A stretch of DNA of 64,000 bases from Octopus vulgaris (Eukaryota), in contig OX597832.1 in NCBI GenBank assembly GCA_951406725.2, positions 12,214,001 to 12,278,000 on the forward strand, given 5' to 3'. Below are positions 41,605 to 60,185 of the stretch, piece after piece. Both the position numbers and the translations under genes were made by a program. Under the pieces are notes generated by a model. The model was not told the origin of the DNA, did no database searches, and saw nothing but the letters and a program-made list of their open reading frames with translations. How positions within the stretch are numbered: the first letter of the stretch is position 1; every line of letters begins with the position of its first letter.

Positions 41605-41639
<35 letters not shown>

Positions 41640-42394
41640 GAGTACATTTCGACAAACGTACTGCAACATTAATATTATGGGTAGTGCTATTACTTTTAAT
41701 ATCACGAATGTTATCATACACACACACATATATATATATATTATTTTCTTCAATATCTTACCTTGTCTTTCTTCAAAGTTATTCAGTCTTTTTACGTTAG
41801 TCTTTCGTTGTTGCTTTTTTTTCTCCTCTTATTTCGCTTCATTTTCTGCATGGTCTTATATTTATTCTGACTTGTTTTATTTAGGTTTTCTTAGACATAT
41901 TATTTATTTTCATATCTCTGATTTTCTATCTGGGCCACCATATTCGGAATATTTATTCTTACTGTTTAGTTTCTCTTCACATTTTTTTTTCTTTCATTTG
42001 TCAATATTTTCTTTATTGCTGTAAGATTTTTCTCTAACTTAATGGATGTTATGTTGCTGTATACAGCTGGATCATCCTCCTTAACGTTCAAATCATATCG
42101 TCTCATTCACTCTATATTTTTCAGGCACGAATGATTAAATGTGTATACAATAGACAAATCTCTTCTAATGTAAATAGATGTTTATTGCTAGAAAAAGAGA
42201 GGATAAGTACGTGTAAACATATCAAAACAACAAGAAAGTCAAATCGTAAGCACAATGTCTGATAAATTTGGGGTGGAAACACCTCCCTTGAGTAACAGGC
42301 TACCGAATTAGACAAAGTTATGATGGCACCTATTGGAATTGCCCGTTCACTGAATAGCCGTGTTTTGTGTTACACAACTATCATGAATGATACT

Positions 42395-42610
42395 CTTTTA
42401 CTTGTTACAGGCATTTGACCGCAGCCATGCTGGAGCACCGCCTTTAGTTGAGCAAATCGAACCCCAGACTTATACTTTGTAAGTCTAGTACATATTCTAT
42501 CGGTCTCTTATGCCGAACCGCTAAGTTACGCGTACGTAAACACACCAGCATCGGTTGTCAAGTGTTGTTGTGGGGAAAAAACACAGCCACACAAACATAC
42601 ACACACACAC

Positions 42611-42665
<55 letters not shown>

Positions 42666-42824
42666 TAAATACGACGAGCTTCTTTTAGTTTCCGTCTACC
42701 AAATCTACTCGCAAGGCTTTGGTCGCCCGAGGCTATAGTAAAAGACACTTTCCCAAAGTGCCACGCAGTGGGACTGAACCCGGGACCAAGTGGTTGATAA
42801 GCAAGTTACTAATCATACAGCCAC
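42395..42824 (-). mobile_element. SINE family B, near full length with internal (CA)/(TA)n
   Basis: Aligns along its length with 61408-61865. Confidence 0.9.
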
Positions 42825-42904
42825 TAGATTTTATTGCGAATACATGTTTTATAGCGATTTTCTAACTACCTACATTGCTCAATTAGCTTTCATTGCTTCA
42901 ATAA

Positions 42905-43205
42905 TTTTACTGTGGCCATGCTAGCATACGGCGTTAGGGGGTTTCTGTGGATCAAATTGCCACCCGTACTTAAGTTTTTGTTTTAAGCCTTGTACTATCG
43001 GTCACTTATCTCGAATCTCTAGGTTACAGGAATGGAAACAAACCAACATTTGTTGCCAAGATGTGGGTGACAAAATCATAGACATAAAGGCACCGTAGAC
43101 ACAACACTCCTGCCCATAATATAAGTATATATATATAATACAAATAAGAAAATGGAGGAATAAATTCATTTCGATCATCATCCTCATAACCCCTATCTTA
43201 CTTTG

Positions 43206-43241
<36 letters not shown>

Positions 43242-43350
43242 ATGCATAACTACAACGGTCTTCCACACAGTTTTTCACTGCCAATTTCACTCACAACACT
43301 TGGACTAAGTGGGCCTATACCAGAAGGTGGAAACCCATGGGACAAAAGCT
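42905..43350 (-). mobile_element. SINE family B (old, diverged)
   Basis: actgtggccatgctag tail and caatttcactcacaa block. Confidence 0.5.
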
Positions 43351-43798
43351 GAAATAATGTTGTTTCTTCAGAATGGAGTGATTCTTGCGCCAATATATTA
43401 ATAGATGCCACATAGCTCATGGCGAAGAAAAAAACATTTCCGTATATAGCCATTAAATATTCATATAGAAATTGTGATGCGATTTAAGCCTCTTATTCCT
43501 TATCTCTTGAATCTTACACCATAAACACTCAAACTTATACGTCAAACAGAATGTGCGTACGACTGAACATTGGTCGCCATTTTTTTTCTTTTTCTTTAAT
43601 GTGTTGTTGGTTGACACAACAAATATAGATAGAAATGTCTAGTTCAGCTTTAAGCCCACACCCAGCCGCAAGCACACACACAGACCTGCACACTAACACA
43701 CCCTCATACACATGCATGTACACAGAAACACATACACACAAACACACACACATACACATGCAGGCACACATAAATATATACATGCATATGTATATATA

Positions 43799-43865
<67 letters not shown>

Positions 43866-43869
<4 letters not shown>

Positions 43870-44046
43870 CATTACTACCCACAGGGGGCTAAACACAGCA
43901 GGGACAAACAAGGACAGACAAACGAATTATATCGATTACATCTACCCCGGTGTGTAACTGGTACTTAATTTATCGACCCCGAAAGTATGAAAGGCAAAGT
44001 CGATTTCGGCGTAATTTGAACTGGGAACGTAACGACAGACGAAATT
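43866..44046 (-). mobile_element. SINE family A, headless unit
   Basis: Ends at gacagacgaaat, the same boundary as the headless units of the trimer. Confidence 0.85.
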
Positions 44047-44163
44047 AAAGGGAACATGACAAAATAACTAAATTAGTATAGAATAAGGGTCTCATATTTT
44101 TTTTATAATTAAGATCTAAACTGTTAATATACGAATGCGAAAAAAACCTACTTTGGGGACAAC

Positions 44164-44165
<2 letters not shown>

Positions 44166-44224
<59 letters not shown>

Positions 44225-44252
44225 TATATGTATATGTTATATATATATATAT

Positions 44253-44284
<32 letters not shown>

Positions 44285-44325
44285 GTATATATATGTATAT
44301 GTATATACATATATATATGTATATG

Positions 44326-44370
<45 letters not shown>

Positions 44371-44371
44371 G

Positions 44372-44414
<43 letters not shown>

Positions 44415-44483
44415 GTATATGTATATATATATATGTATATATATATGTATATATATATATGTATATATATGTATATATGTATA

Positions 44484-44526
<43 letters not shown>

Positions 44527-44533
44527 GTATATG

Positions 44534-44632
<99 letters not shown>

Positions 44633-44660
44633 ATGTATGTATATATACGCACAAACATAT
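44166..44660. repeat. About 500-bp interrupted (TA)n/(TATATG)n array
   Basis: Seen directly. Confidence 0.95.
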
Positions 44661-45039
44661 ATATATATTTGTGTATGTATGTATCTATGTATATGTAGAT
44701 GTGTGTGACTGTGTATGTAAACTGTTCTGTTTGGTGGAGCTTGTTTTCATATGTAAATTATAAGATTATTAGGGAGTGCCATGTATTGTCTGCCAGAGGA
44801 AAGTGAGAAGCAAATTAAACGCATCAGAATATTTAGACACGCCCACTTGAATTTTACATTCCTTAGCATCAGCAATACATTGAATATTCCTCAAAATACG
44901 GCTGAATTCATTAAAAAGGATTCATGTACTTGTAGTGATTCTTATTGAATCTCATTCTTCTTGTATGAATCCATAGCCTTGTAAGAAACTAAGTTACACT
45001 TTTTAAAATTTCCGCTTTGTAATCTTTGTAGTTTTATTG

Positions 45040-45081
<42 letters not shown>

Positions 45082-45096
45082 ATTATTATTATTATT

Positions 45097-45462
45097 GAGT
45101 GAGAGAACAGTGCATGCCATCAAAGTGACACTGGCGTAAAATATACGAAGACCAGTATACTCGTCATGGCTACCTGTCTGATAAGGGTTCACTAGGCACA
45201 TGCTTCACAACCATATATACATACACATATATAGATATGTGTCCAGAAGTGAATCATTCAAACCTGAAAGAATCCCTCTCAACACATGGCTATGATGCTC
45301 CCCCACTACTTCTGCTCGTGATCAGAAATGCACATGTCGTCAGCCACTAAGGGACATGCTCAATTGGTTAAGGGCAAACAACTGACAAGCATATTTACTG
45401 TAGCCCATCTTTTATATCAAGACAAAACAATGCACATGATAATACTTCCAATCAGTTAAGAT
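45097..45462 (-). mobile_element. SINE-like family D, copy 1 (5'-truncated, internally deleted)
   Basis: Similar to 45488-45992 but lacks much of about 45600-45745; (AAT)n tail on the minus strand. Confidence 0.75.
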
Positions 45463-45487
45463 TATTATTATTACTATTATTGTTATT

Positions 45488-46092
45488 GACTGAGAGAGCA
45501 ATGCATGCCATCAAAGTGACACTGGGGTAAAATATACGAAGCTCAGTATACCCATCATGACTACCAGTCTGATAAAGGTACATGCATCAAAACCATATGT
45601 GTGCGACATAGTGATCTCATATCAAGATAAACAACACATGACCATGCAAGTGGGACCCAGTTATAATTTTCTTTTGGTCGAGTAACCCATCCAGCTCAAA
45701 AAGTCCCTGAATAAGGGTTGTTTAAGGATGTTGAACGAAACACATGTTTCCAGATGTAAATTATTCAAATCCCGAAGAATCCCTCTCAACACATAGCTAT
45801 GATGGTCCCCGCAATTCCTTCTGCTCATGATCAGATATGCACATATCGTCAGCCACTAAGGGACATGCTCAACTGGTTAAGGTCAAACGACTGACAAGCA
45901 AATCTGTGGTATTGAGCAGAATATTTGCTGTAGCCCATCTTTTATACCAAGACAAAACAATGTACATGATGACACTTGCAATCAGTTAAGATCAGAGGCC
46001 ATGAGAGCCAATGCCTGGTACTGCTTCAGGGCAACGGTACTAGATGAGGGCATGGTACTGCATGAGGGCAACTGGTACCTGCATTAGAGCAT
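45488..46092 (-). mobile_element. SINE-like family D, copy 2 (near full length)
   Basis: Direct repeat of copy 1; minus-strand tail ccccagtgtcactttgatggcatgc followed by (AAT)-rich run. Confidence 0.75.
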
Positions 46093-46126
<34 letters not shown>

Positions 46127-46884
46127 GCTACTACTACTGTTGGTGTTGTTGATGTTGTTATTATCAATAACATTGGTATTGTTATTAACTGCAATCATTT
46201 TGTAGTTGGAGTAAATCGTCCACACTCATTTACACAAATGCATTCATTTCGCATACCATTAACGAAAATGTATTCATTGTTCCTCTACTATTTTCTAGAG
46301 AGCAACAGATACGTTAGGTAGATAACGTAAAAAATATATCAACGAAATTCAAATGCCGACAAAGAGTTGGGAATCCACCCAAGAATGATCATTGCAGTAT
46401 AAGAACCTAACAATCATTTTCACTTTTTCTTCTCCTCCTCGGATTACAACATCCATTCAAAGAATAATAGGATAAATGATGACAAAATCATTGCTAGTAT
46501 TTTTAACGCCGCTACTCGAAACACGGTAATAATATCTCCTTTCGTTATGTTCTGTTATTTTACTGTTTATTAACACAGTAAAATAAGCTTATTGTGAACA
46601 GTGGAGCAATTTATCAGTCTCAGAGGAAGTAATTACGTTTCGGCCAAAAGTGTAATCATAAAAGCAGAATATATACCATCATATGAATATACACAAGAAC
46701 ACAAACGTAAGCCAAATACATACACACTAACTTACCCACTCATAAACAAACACATTAATACAGCTGCGTGTGTGTGTGTTTACCCGAATATTTATTACAT
46801 TAAAGAATTATATGTTCCTTGTGTACACCTGTTATTTCTTTATAAAACAGTATATTACGCAAACACACACACTCAATAATAAAT

Positions 46885-50929
<4,045 letters not shown>

Positions 50930-51151
50930 ACACTTTAATTTGTTTCTGTCATCAGACAATGGCCATGCTGGGGCCTCAGTTACAAGACTGAACTAATTTT
51001 AGTCGATTGAGTCGAATCAGGGATTTATTTTTTTTTAAAGCCTTTTATTTATCTGTCTCTTTTGCCGGCACGTACACATTCCAGCAACGGTTGCGGAGTT
51101 TTGGGGTAGGAACACACACAGACACGTATACATTCACATTCACACACTAAG

Positions 51152-51188
<37 letters not shown>

Positions 51189-51338
51189 GTCGGGCTTCTT
51201 TCAGTTTCCGATTACACGATCCACTCACAAGGCTGTAGTAGAAGTGCTATAGTAGAAGGCACTTGTTTCAGGTGCCATACGGTGAGATTGAACCCGAATC
51301 CTCGTATCTGATAAGCAAGCTTCTAACCAGATAGCCAC
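50930..51338 (-). mobile_element. SINE family B (diverged)
   Basis: atggccatgctgggg tail and cgggcttctttcagtttccg block after the internal (TA)n. Confidence 0.75.
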
Positions 51339-51691
51339 GTGTATGCATATATATCATTTATTTTATATATTATACACAAACGTATACATACACACGTGCA
51401 CATATATGCATACACACGCACGCACGCACACACACATACATCTATATATAAAATCATTAATCCCTACACCACATTTTTTGTTGTCTCTGTTTCTTTTTGT
51501 TGTTGTTGTTGTTGTCTATATCTTTTTTTTCTTCTGAAACCTTTCTGTCGAAACGCGTAGGCTCGAAACATCAAAGACTTTTCCATTCTTCTTGAGTGTT
51601 ACACTAATACACCTGGTTGTTGTCGCTTCATCTGTTTTCCTCTTTTGTTTTCTGTAAATTTGAACTCTGTGTGTGTTTGTGCGTATATGTG

Positions 51692-51739
<48 letters not shown>

Positions 51740-51916
51740 TGTGTGCATGTGTGTGTGTGTGTGTCTGTGTGTGTGTGTGTGATATAGTAATCATTCTGAA
51801 TGGTAGAGACAGATAAAATAACTGCGTATATACACATACGTGTGTGTATGCGTAACTAGACACAGTTTCACCAACAAATGATGTATCAGTAGAAATGTGA
51901 GTGCATGCGTTCATGT

Positions 51917-51973
<57 letters not shown>

Positions 51974-52848
51974 TGTGTGTGTGTGTGTGTGTGTGTTTGT
52001 GTATGCATGTGTGTGTACACATATTTGTATGTCTCAATTAGCTGGAACGTTCTGCGTGCAGAAATGAAAAAAATAAGAAAATGGTGTCTTAATGCTTTGA
52101 AAGAGGTTCTCATTGATTTGCGCGCTCTGGAAAGTATTTCAAAGTAACATATTGCCAAACGAAAATACATTCCTTGGAATGTTTGAAAATTCTGTATAAG
52201 AAAACCGTTTGTTGAATAACTGTAATTACGTTCTGCTTATTGCTCGCTGATGCAAGATTTAGATTTAAGATTATAACATTATATATATGACATAAGAAAT
52301 AAAGGCAGCAAAGTGATAGAGAAGCAGGGAGGAAGAGTGAGAAGTCGCAATAGTTAGGATAGAGAAAAGTAGAAATATTAGATGACAATATGGTGATATT
52401 GAGGTGATGATCATTGGAGATTAGAGATAAAAATCTTAGCGATATTAATTCGCAAATGTCATTTTGTTCCTGCTATTGCGATTTCACTTCCAATTCGTTG
52501 ATAATATATTTTCATATGACTGGTTAAAAATGATAGTATCCGATCTCATTATTTATCAATCTAGAAAGGAAATGACGTATAATCAAGTAAAAGAAAATAG
52601 GATTAACTAGAAAAATGTAATTCCGATCTCTGGTGGAAATTGTGACAATCATTAGAGCAGAATGAAAATTTACTGAATCTTGCTGTTTCCCTCCACGCAC
52701 GCGCATAAAATTATACATACACACACACCCTCCCACACACGCACACACAAGCACACACACCCTCCCACACACGCACACACAAACACACACACACCACACA
52801 CGCGCACACACGTACATTTCAATACATATTTATACATATATACATAAG

Positions 52849-53105
52849 CGCAGGCATGGCAATTTGATAAGAAGTCTGTATACCATCCATTTGATTTCGG
52901 GTTCGGTTCGACTATTTGTGATCACGCGATCCTGTGTCTGTTACCCACCATTTGACGACTGGTGCGTTTGTTTACGTTCCCGTAAAATAACGGGCAACAT
53001 AAGTACGAGGCTTTAAAGATTACTGGGAAGGATTTGTTCTACTAAGCGCTGTGAAATGCGGTGCCCCAGCATGGCCACAATACTTTGACTCAAAAAAGTA
53101 AAAGG
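52849..53105 (+). mobile_element. SINE family B (diverged, internally deleted)
   Basis: cgcaggcatggc head and gcggtgccccagcatggccac tail. Confidence 0.65.
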
Positions 53106-53146
53106 TACAAGTAAAAAGTTATACGTGCATACCTACACACATGCAC

Positions 53147-53458
<312 letters not shown>

Positions 53459-53534
53459 GTGTGCCAGTCTGTCTGTCTCTCTGTATGTATGTCTGTCTAT
53501 CTATGTGTATGTATATAAATACATGCATATACAA

Positions 53535-53578
<44 letters not shown>

Positions 53579-53715
53579 CCTGAGCAACAAATACAAGCGT
53601 GCTTCATTTTTTAAAATGTTTTCGTATAACATAACGTTTGCACTCTATATTCTGTGTATATTTCCTTCTGTGGATGTCCGCTAAACGGATGTGAAACACA
53701 CACACACACACACAA

Positions 53716-53747
<32 letters not shown>

Positions 53748-54124
53748 CTATCTACCTACCTATAGCTCTGCAGTTTTACCTCATTCTGACCAAACTACCG
53801 TCTGTTACGAAGTCGCATCGACGACTGACAACCGTTTTATATTTCACTGTTCTTACGAATGAGCGTACCCAACTAAATGAAATACATTGGATAAATATAT
53901 ATGTCCACTTGTTCACAATATTACATCATAATTATTCACTGTTATATATCTAAAATTTGAACAAGACAGAAAATTTTAATAAATTTAACATCTGTCTAAG
54001 CTCGGCTTGGGCCGATGAAAAATACCTCACGCATGTCTCTCAGATCAGAGATAGGCTTTATTTGTTGGGCAATATAGCCGTAGATATCATTTGTTTATTG
54101 TAAAAAGAATTACATACACAGTAC

Positions 54125-54530
54125 TTAGGCATCGAGAGTTACACAAACACTAGAACTGGGCGCCACTGCATAGTGCCAAGGACTCCAAATTTGCCATCAA
54201 GATGTAGGACAAGATACTACAATAGCCTGGGCTTCAGAGGTCCACAGCTCTTCAATATCCTCCCGAAGGACCTGAGAGATCTGCATGGGGTAGATGTAGG
54301 TGTCTTCAAAATAAAGCTGGACTTCTTCCTGTCAGGTGTCTCAGATGAACCAACTTCGTGGCAAGAGGTGTAGATGAGGGCACCTGCATCAAACTCTCTC
54401 ATGCACCAAATGGCAATTGCTAAAAAGCATTCGTGAAGTAAAATCATGTAGCAACATCAAATGTCGGTGCCCCAGCATGGTCACAGATCGTGAGCTGGAA
54501 CTAAATGAAATAAAAAAAAATTAAATTAAA
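54125..54530 (+). mobile_element. 3' fragment of a second CR1-like LINE family
   Basis: RTGRHC..YYNSLGFRGPQLFNILPKDLRDL..FKIKLDFFLSGVSDEP..SNSL is homologous to the C-terminus of the 48-kb ORF; A-rich tail. Confidence 0.85.
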
Positions 54531-55484
54531 AAAATATATATATTTCTTCAAAAGTCAGGAATAGCATGATAACAGTAACAATAAGTGTAACAACAATAAC
54601 AAAATCCAAACGTGTGATAATGGAATAATTGTCCATAATAACCCGACGAATAATAACGTTGTATAGAGAAGCATTCGTGTGACTGTCATATGTTTCTATA
54701 AAACGGCCAACGAATACAACATTTTCAATGGTCTAACAAAGTCTATCACAAAGAAACGCATCTCATTTAAAATAAGTTCGATATGCGGTGCTTAATAAAA
54801 ACTTCATGGTTTTAAACCACTACTTTGGAAAATGACAATTCACCGGTATCAAATTAATGGAATTACACTAAAAAATCATTTCACTGTCAGTTAATTAATT
54901 ACGCAAACATAAGATCAAAAACGTGCACTGGTTGTTAACACTAAATGACATCAATAAACGGAATGATAAAGAAGATAGCATCAAATAAGGAAAAATATCT
55001 GGCAACATCAATGACATTAATCGTGTACATCCTCATTGATAGCAACTAAATTGTTGAAAGACTACACCATTGTTCTTGAGACAGGAAATACTGATGATGT
55101 AATTATATAGTTTCATTGGCAGATTCTAAGCGTAGTAGAAGTAAACTTTAAATTTGATATGTTAACGTTGAAATTGATATAATTATTAATGAATGTACAC
55201 ACGATAGTTGAGTAATAACGCATACACTTATACAAAAACAAACGCACTCATGTACCACATACAGGAACACATATATTGTTAGATATATGCACGTATATTT
55301 CTGTATGTGTTAGAGGATGCGTTTCTGTGTTTTCCAATCTATGTAGATATATATATATCGAGAGAGGGAAACGAGAAAAGAAGAACAAAGAAGAAAGAAA
55401 GAAAGAAATATAGGATGAACAGGTAAAGCAGGAAGGCTTAGTATTTGCGGAAACTAATATTCAATAAACATGCACACGATTCTC

Positions 55485-55531
55485 ACGCATTTGACCGCAC
55501 GCATTTGACCGCACGCATTTGACCGCACGCA
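55485..55531. repeat. Three copies of the 14-mer cgcatttgaccgca
   Basis: Seen directly. Confidence 0.9.
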
Positions 55532-57549
55532 TACACACATCGGCACATGTCAAAACGCATAAACACACACATGAATTCGGTGTAGAGCGAGACTGCGTCG
55601 ATGTCTCACATTCTGTCGATATAATATCTTCAGATATACATTTATATGTGCATATATATATATATAAGTGCATATATATATATATATATACATATATATA
55701 TAAGTGCATATATATATATATATATATATAAGTGCATATATATATATGTGCATATATATGTATATATATGTGCATGTATATATATGTGCATATATATATA
55801 TATATACATGTATATATGTAAAAATATTAAGTAAGATTGTATTTGTTGCTCAGGTAATATATATCTTGATATATATGTGTATATATATATAATATATATG
55901 TATATATGTATGTGTATATATATATATACATAATGTATGTATGTATTTACCGTATCCCTGTGTACCTAATGTATTGATCACTGATTATTTAGATACATCT
56001 AATAATCAATTGATATCACTTGAGAGCAATATTTTGTCACATCTGAAGAACTTCACAGAGTATTGTTTTGTTTTTAGATATATTCATTCGATAATGTGAA
56101 TTCGCTTTGGCTTCTTTTTAAGTTGACGTATTCCATGTGACTATGGAGAATATCTATGTAGTTGCGTTGCATGGTAAAATGCGTTAAAAGAATTATGACG
56201 CAAACGATATCAAATGTTTTTGGTACATATATATAACTACGCATATAGGTGTTTGTTTGAATATGTGTGTTTGTGAGTGATTATATATACATAGATATAT
56301 ATATATTATATTCATGTATAGGTATCTATATAGTTATTTATAAATGTATATATATATATACCTAAGTAACTCTAAGTATATATTTATTAATATGCATATG
56401 CACATGCTTGAGTGTATGTATGTCTGTAAATATATGTATGTTTATACACACATGTTTGGATATATAGATGTGCGCTTGTGTGTACATGCATATATGTAAT
56501 CTCTCGCTCAGCGAATTATGTTGCTACATATGTATATATATTTACATATATATATATATATTTATATATATATGTATATATGTATGTATATATATATACA
56601 CACATATGCATATATGTGCGTATATATACACACACACACACACATATATATATATAGGTACACACACATATTCGTATGTATTTATGTATACACATTTACA
56701 GATATCTATATATATTTTTTTTTCTATAAATATATACGTCTATATATATCTATCTGTCTATGTATCTAACTATATATATATATATATATATGTGTGTGTA
56801 TATATATATATATATATATGTCTGTATGTGTGCCAATACGTATATACTTGTACTCATGTACATATAGCAAAGTAATGTTCAAATATACCTCCATGTGTAT
56901 TCATCATATAATTACATTTTATGATCATGAATATTTCAGGGTCACATAAAGCTCTGTGTTTATACTAGTAATCAATAATAGAAAGACACCAAGATGTAAC
57001 AAATCACACCCAGTGATCATTTATATTTCACTTCGAAATATTGTTAAACATATTTAGTTTCTTTATCACCACATTCATACGAGAGCATTGAAAATGTTTT
57101 TCTTCTCACACAAATGCCTTGTTTTCATGTGTTAATAATTCTCTTATGGACATTTTTGAAATGTAAAACGTTGATGATTTCGTCACCCAAATAATAATCA
57201 TGGTTCATATTTTATCGACTTTGCTTATATAAAGCTAAAATGAACACATTGATCTTTGTAATATAAAAAAAAATGTCGTAAATAGTTATGAAGTACTAGC
57301 TTCGTTTGATTTGTGGTGATTTCAACTCATCTCTTTATCAGTTGATATGAATCAATAAAGAGACTTACGAAACTCTCCTGCTGATACAAATGAGACTATC
57401 TCTCAAAAAAAACAAACAAAAAAAAAAACAAAGATTTCAGCGTCTCTAAAATGAAGAAGCAAGTTGGACAATATAGTTTTAGATATACAAATAGAGATGT
57501 TATCTACAGCTCGACTTTTCTTTGGTCATATGTTCATTGCTTCGTCTAC

Positions 57550-58500
57550 AAATCAATCATGGCAAAAACGACAGAAATAACAATGAAACAGTGATTAAAA
57601 CGGACCAATGGATTTTCGCGACGTATCGGCAGTATATGTCCACCATGCTTGTTTTCTATATAAGCCTTCTATAAACCAGGGTTAATCGCGTAAGTTTACT
57701 AGGAACTTCTGTAGAGAATAGGTTGCCATCAAGAATATTTAATCAAAGAAGTATGTATCTACATACTACCACCACCACTATTGGCGAGAATTTCCGTTGG
57801 TAAAATCAATTTTCGATAAGTATTCGCTATATTATAGTCGCAGGTGTAAAATGAAACAAAAATGCGAAAAACTGCTTTGACAATTCCACTGATCAACTGT
57901 TAGGGACAAGTTTTGTCGCAAAGCATATCTCAACTATGGTGATTACAAGTAATCAATATTACAGTTGTTACATGTTCCTTGTATTTTGTAAAACTGTAAA
58001 GTTTTTAACACCTTTCTAGTGTAAAGATATCTACTTTTATAATTCTGGCTTCGATACCTGTAAACAGTAATTTGTAGTGTGAATGATTTAATCACCTGTT
58101 CTTTCACATTTAATTTTTGGACTTGTGTCTTAAATTCTCGTTCTACAAGAAATAGCTATGAGACTTTTATCAAAATAGCTTCTCATCTATTAAGAAATTG
58201 AAACACATTACATAACAGAGTAAGAGACACATTCTGTGTGTATAAAATACGAAATGTTCGGGATTAGATTGTTTACGATAACAGGTCAATTTGATAAGAT
58301 CTAGCCAAGTGCTCAAGATGCCCATAACTGCTCTTATGATAAACCAAATGCTCGACTGTTGTGTAAAAGAAGTGAACTTAATGTAGATTCATTGACAGTG
58401 CGTAATATCTCAGTTCGCAGTGTAAATGAAATATTCCTAAATGGTGATTCAAGAGGAATAAATCATTTCGGTCTTCTCAAATGCTTAAAACACATGTATA
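57550..58500 (-). pseudogene. Possible very decayed piggyBac-like remnant
   Basis: Faint ordered echoes of VTTDNxFTS, GGVD and RRWP-like segments on the minus strand; heavily broken. Confidence 0.2.
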
Positions 58501-58634
58501 TTGAGATATTGGGATTTACTTAAATGATCATCGCGCATTTCAAAAGTTTTGGTTTGAAAATTAACCTTCATGAAGCCAACCTGTGAACATCTATGTTGGT
58601 ACTTTTAAGACACAAAAGCGAGCAAACAAATATA

Positions 58635-58865
58635 CCTATTTCTTTATTACCCACAAGGGGCTGAACATAGAGGGGACAAACATGGACAGACATAGGTATT
58701 AAGTCGATTATATCGACCCCAGTGCTCAACTGGTACTTAATTTATCGACCCCGAAAGGATGAAAGGCAAAGTCGACCTCGGCGGAATTTGAACTCACAAC
58801 GTAACGGCAGACGAAATACCGCTAAGCATTTCGCCCGACGTGCTAACGATTCTGCTAGCTCGCCG
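58635..58865 (-). mobile_element. SINE family A, full length
   Basis: High similarity to 28358-28587. Confidence 0.9.
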
Positions 58866-59677
58866 TACCAGTACCATTTCCTCAAATTTGGTATTCATAC
58901 CTCATAAAATATTGAATGGCAAGACTTTGAAGACACTTGCAATCCAAGAGAAACCTAGGTAGAAAAAGTTTTCAATGCACTTTACTGTAATTCTGTTCGT
59001 TGAAGATTGAAGAACAAAAAGAGCAACTACAAATACAATAACAAAACCAACAGCAACATTTTGCATTGATAAATTCAACATATTTGGATAAAATAAGGCA
59101 TGGAATTTTAAACATTTGTCCGTCCACTGTACTTAAGATGTTAGACTACTCGACGTTCGACATTTAAGTCAGTGATCGAGGATATTATAGAGCGGAAAAC
59201 ATCATGCAGTGTAGAATGTCATGGATTCAATATGAACTATGAACATTCTCAGCAGTTTTATTAGAAAATATCTTGCGTTTACCGATAAGATATTTAAGCT
59301 CTCTCAATCCATTTTAATTCATACGTAAAAAAATGTTTCTAAGTGAATTGAAAATTACACGATACAGCCATAAATTGGCACTTAACACGTACTTTCAAAA
59401 GAATAAATAGCAACAAAACGTTTGGATAAAATTACCAGGAAAAAACCATTTTAGTGACGTTAGATTACATTCATTGGTCAAGTTAGCAAGGGAGATAAAT
59501 ACTATTGCACTTAATAAAAGGAATCCGATAATAAAGGAGAAAGCATTACTTTTTAAATTTCAATTTTATATTTGAGGCTGCTGCGTAGAAATAACTCCAG
59601 GCTTCATTTTCAATTTGAAGTCATCGTTTTAGATACGATGATGAAAACAACTTCTGTTTTTTTTTTTTTCAAATTTC

Positions 59678-59850
59678 GAAATGCTTAGCGGTATTCCGTC
59701 TGCCGTTACATTCTGAGTTCAAATTCTACCGAAGTAGACTTCGCCTTTCATTATTTCTGGGTCGATAAATTTAGTGCCAGTTGAGTATTGGGATCAATAC
59801 AATCAACTTAAACCCCTCTCCCCAAATTTCAGGCTTTGTGCCAATATTAA
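59678..59850 (+). mobile_element. SINE family A (5'-truncated)
   Basis: gaaatgcttagcggtattccgtctgccgttacattctgagttcaaatt. Confidence 0.8.
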
Positions 59851-59880
59851 AAAGGAGTATCATCTTCATCATCATCACTA

Positions 59881-59884
59881 TCAT

Positions 59885-59957
<73 letters not shown>

Positions 59958-60107
59958 ATTACTGCAAATACTGCTGCTACTACTACTATGCCTACTATTA
60001 CTACTACTATTACTACTACTACTACGACTACTATTACTGCTGCTGCTACTACTACGACTACTATTACTGCTGCTGCTGCTACTACTACTACTACTGCTAC
60101 TACATCG

Positions 60108-60156
<49 letters not shown>

Positions 60157-60185
60157 TTACTGTTACTGCTGCTGCTACTACTACT
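59881..60185. repeat. Compound (ACT)n/(GCT)n trinucleotide array
   Basis: Seen directly; explains the poly-T/V/Y ORFs here. Confidence 0.95.
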
